A stretch of DNA of 64,000 bases from Lama guanicoe (lineage: Eukaryota), in assembly GCA_013239625.1 (NCBI GenBank), contig MU054338.1, positions 3,867,371 to 3,931,370 of the forward strand, written 5' to 3'. Each line of letters begins with the position of its first letter. Position 1 is the first letter of the stretch. The position numbers and the translations under genes were made by a program. Positions 63,640 to 64,000 of this stretch are shown in pieces. Below the pieces are notes generated by a model. It saw only the letters and a program-made list of their open reading frames with translations. It did no database searches and was not told where the DNA came from.

Positions 63640-64000
63640 CAAAAACGCTCAGGTGGGGTGTCAGCGCTCCCGAGAGGTGGGAATCACACAGTCTCTTTCT
63701 CTCTCTGGAAGCGCAACAAAAAAGGGCCGAAAAGCAGCACGGCTTTCGGCGGCTCACATCCTGCGGCCGGGCCAAAATGAGGGGAGACGAGGCGCGACTC
63801 TCGGGTCGCCACGAAGGATCCGGGGGAACCGGCGGGAATAGGGGGACTGAGTTCGGGTGTGGGGAGTGAATACAAACCGGACCATCTCCATCCTGGGAGT
63901 AGGATAGGCCAGCGGAGGACGGAAACCCCACAGGATTAGGGGGTGGGCGGGCTTGGCAGTTAGGCCGGGGAAACGAGGAAGGCCGGGGAAGTGAGGAAGC
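63640..64000. promoter_or_regulatory. Edge of the CpG island at the RANBP3 5' end
   Basis: Sharp rise in CpG density; RANBP3 exon 1 is missing from the window and expected just beyond it. Confidence 0.7.

Noticed and set aside
1-64000. A novel multi-gene, defence or mobile system
   Set aside because: All credible coding sequence is accounted for by four known syntenic genes and the rest is intron or old repeats; I saw no intact transposase, reverse transcriptase or foreign-composition insert

Overview
GC-rich mammalian genomic DNA, not prokaryotic. Nearly all entries in the six-frame ORF track are spurious; the real genes are spliced. I rebuilt four protein-coding genes by hand from GT-AG boundaries and codon phase, identifying them by recalled similarity to the human proteins. 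NDUFA11 (minus) has its last exon cut off at the window start. VMAC (plus) is complete at 169 aa. CAPS/calcyphosin (plus) is complete at 189 aa. RANBP3 (minus) has exons 2-17 present; exon 1 lies just beyond the right edge, in the CpG island that starts near 63.6 kb. The order matches the conserved NDUFA11-VMAC-CAPS-RANBP3 block (human 19p13.3). A tRNA-Ala-derived SINE suggests a camelid (inference). Introns contain L1, L2, MIR, MaLR and hAT relics plus a 30-bp minisatellite. I found no convincing new multi-gene system. The best leads are at the RNA level: a RANBP3 cassette exon, a frame-preserving pseudo-exon with a +1 G>A donor, a 15-nt long-range complement to an alternative acceptor, tandem triloop hairpins in the RANBP3 3'UTR, in-frame retainable short introns, an intronic duplication, and unusual NDUFA11 N-terminal residues.
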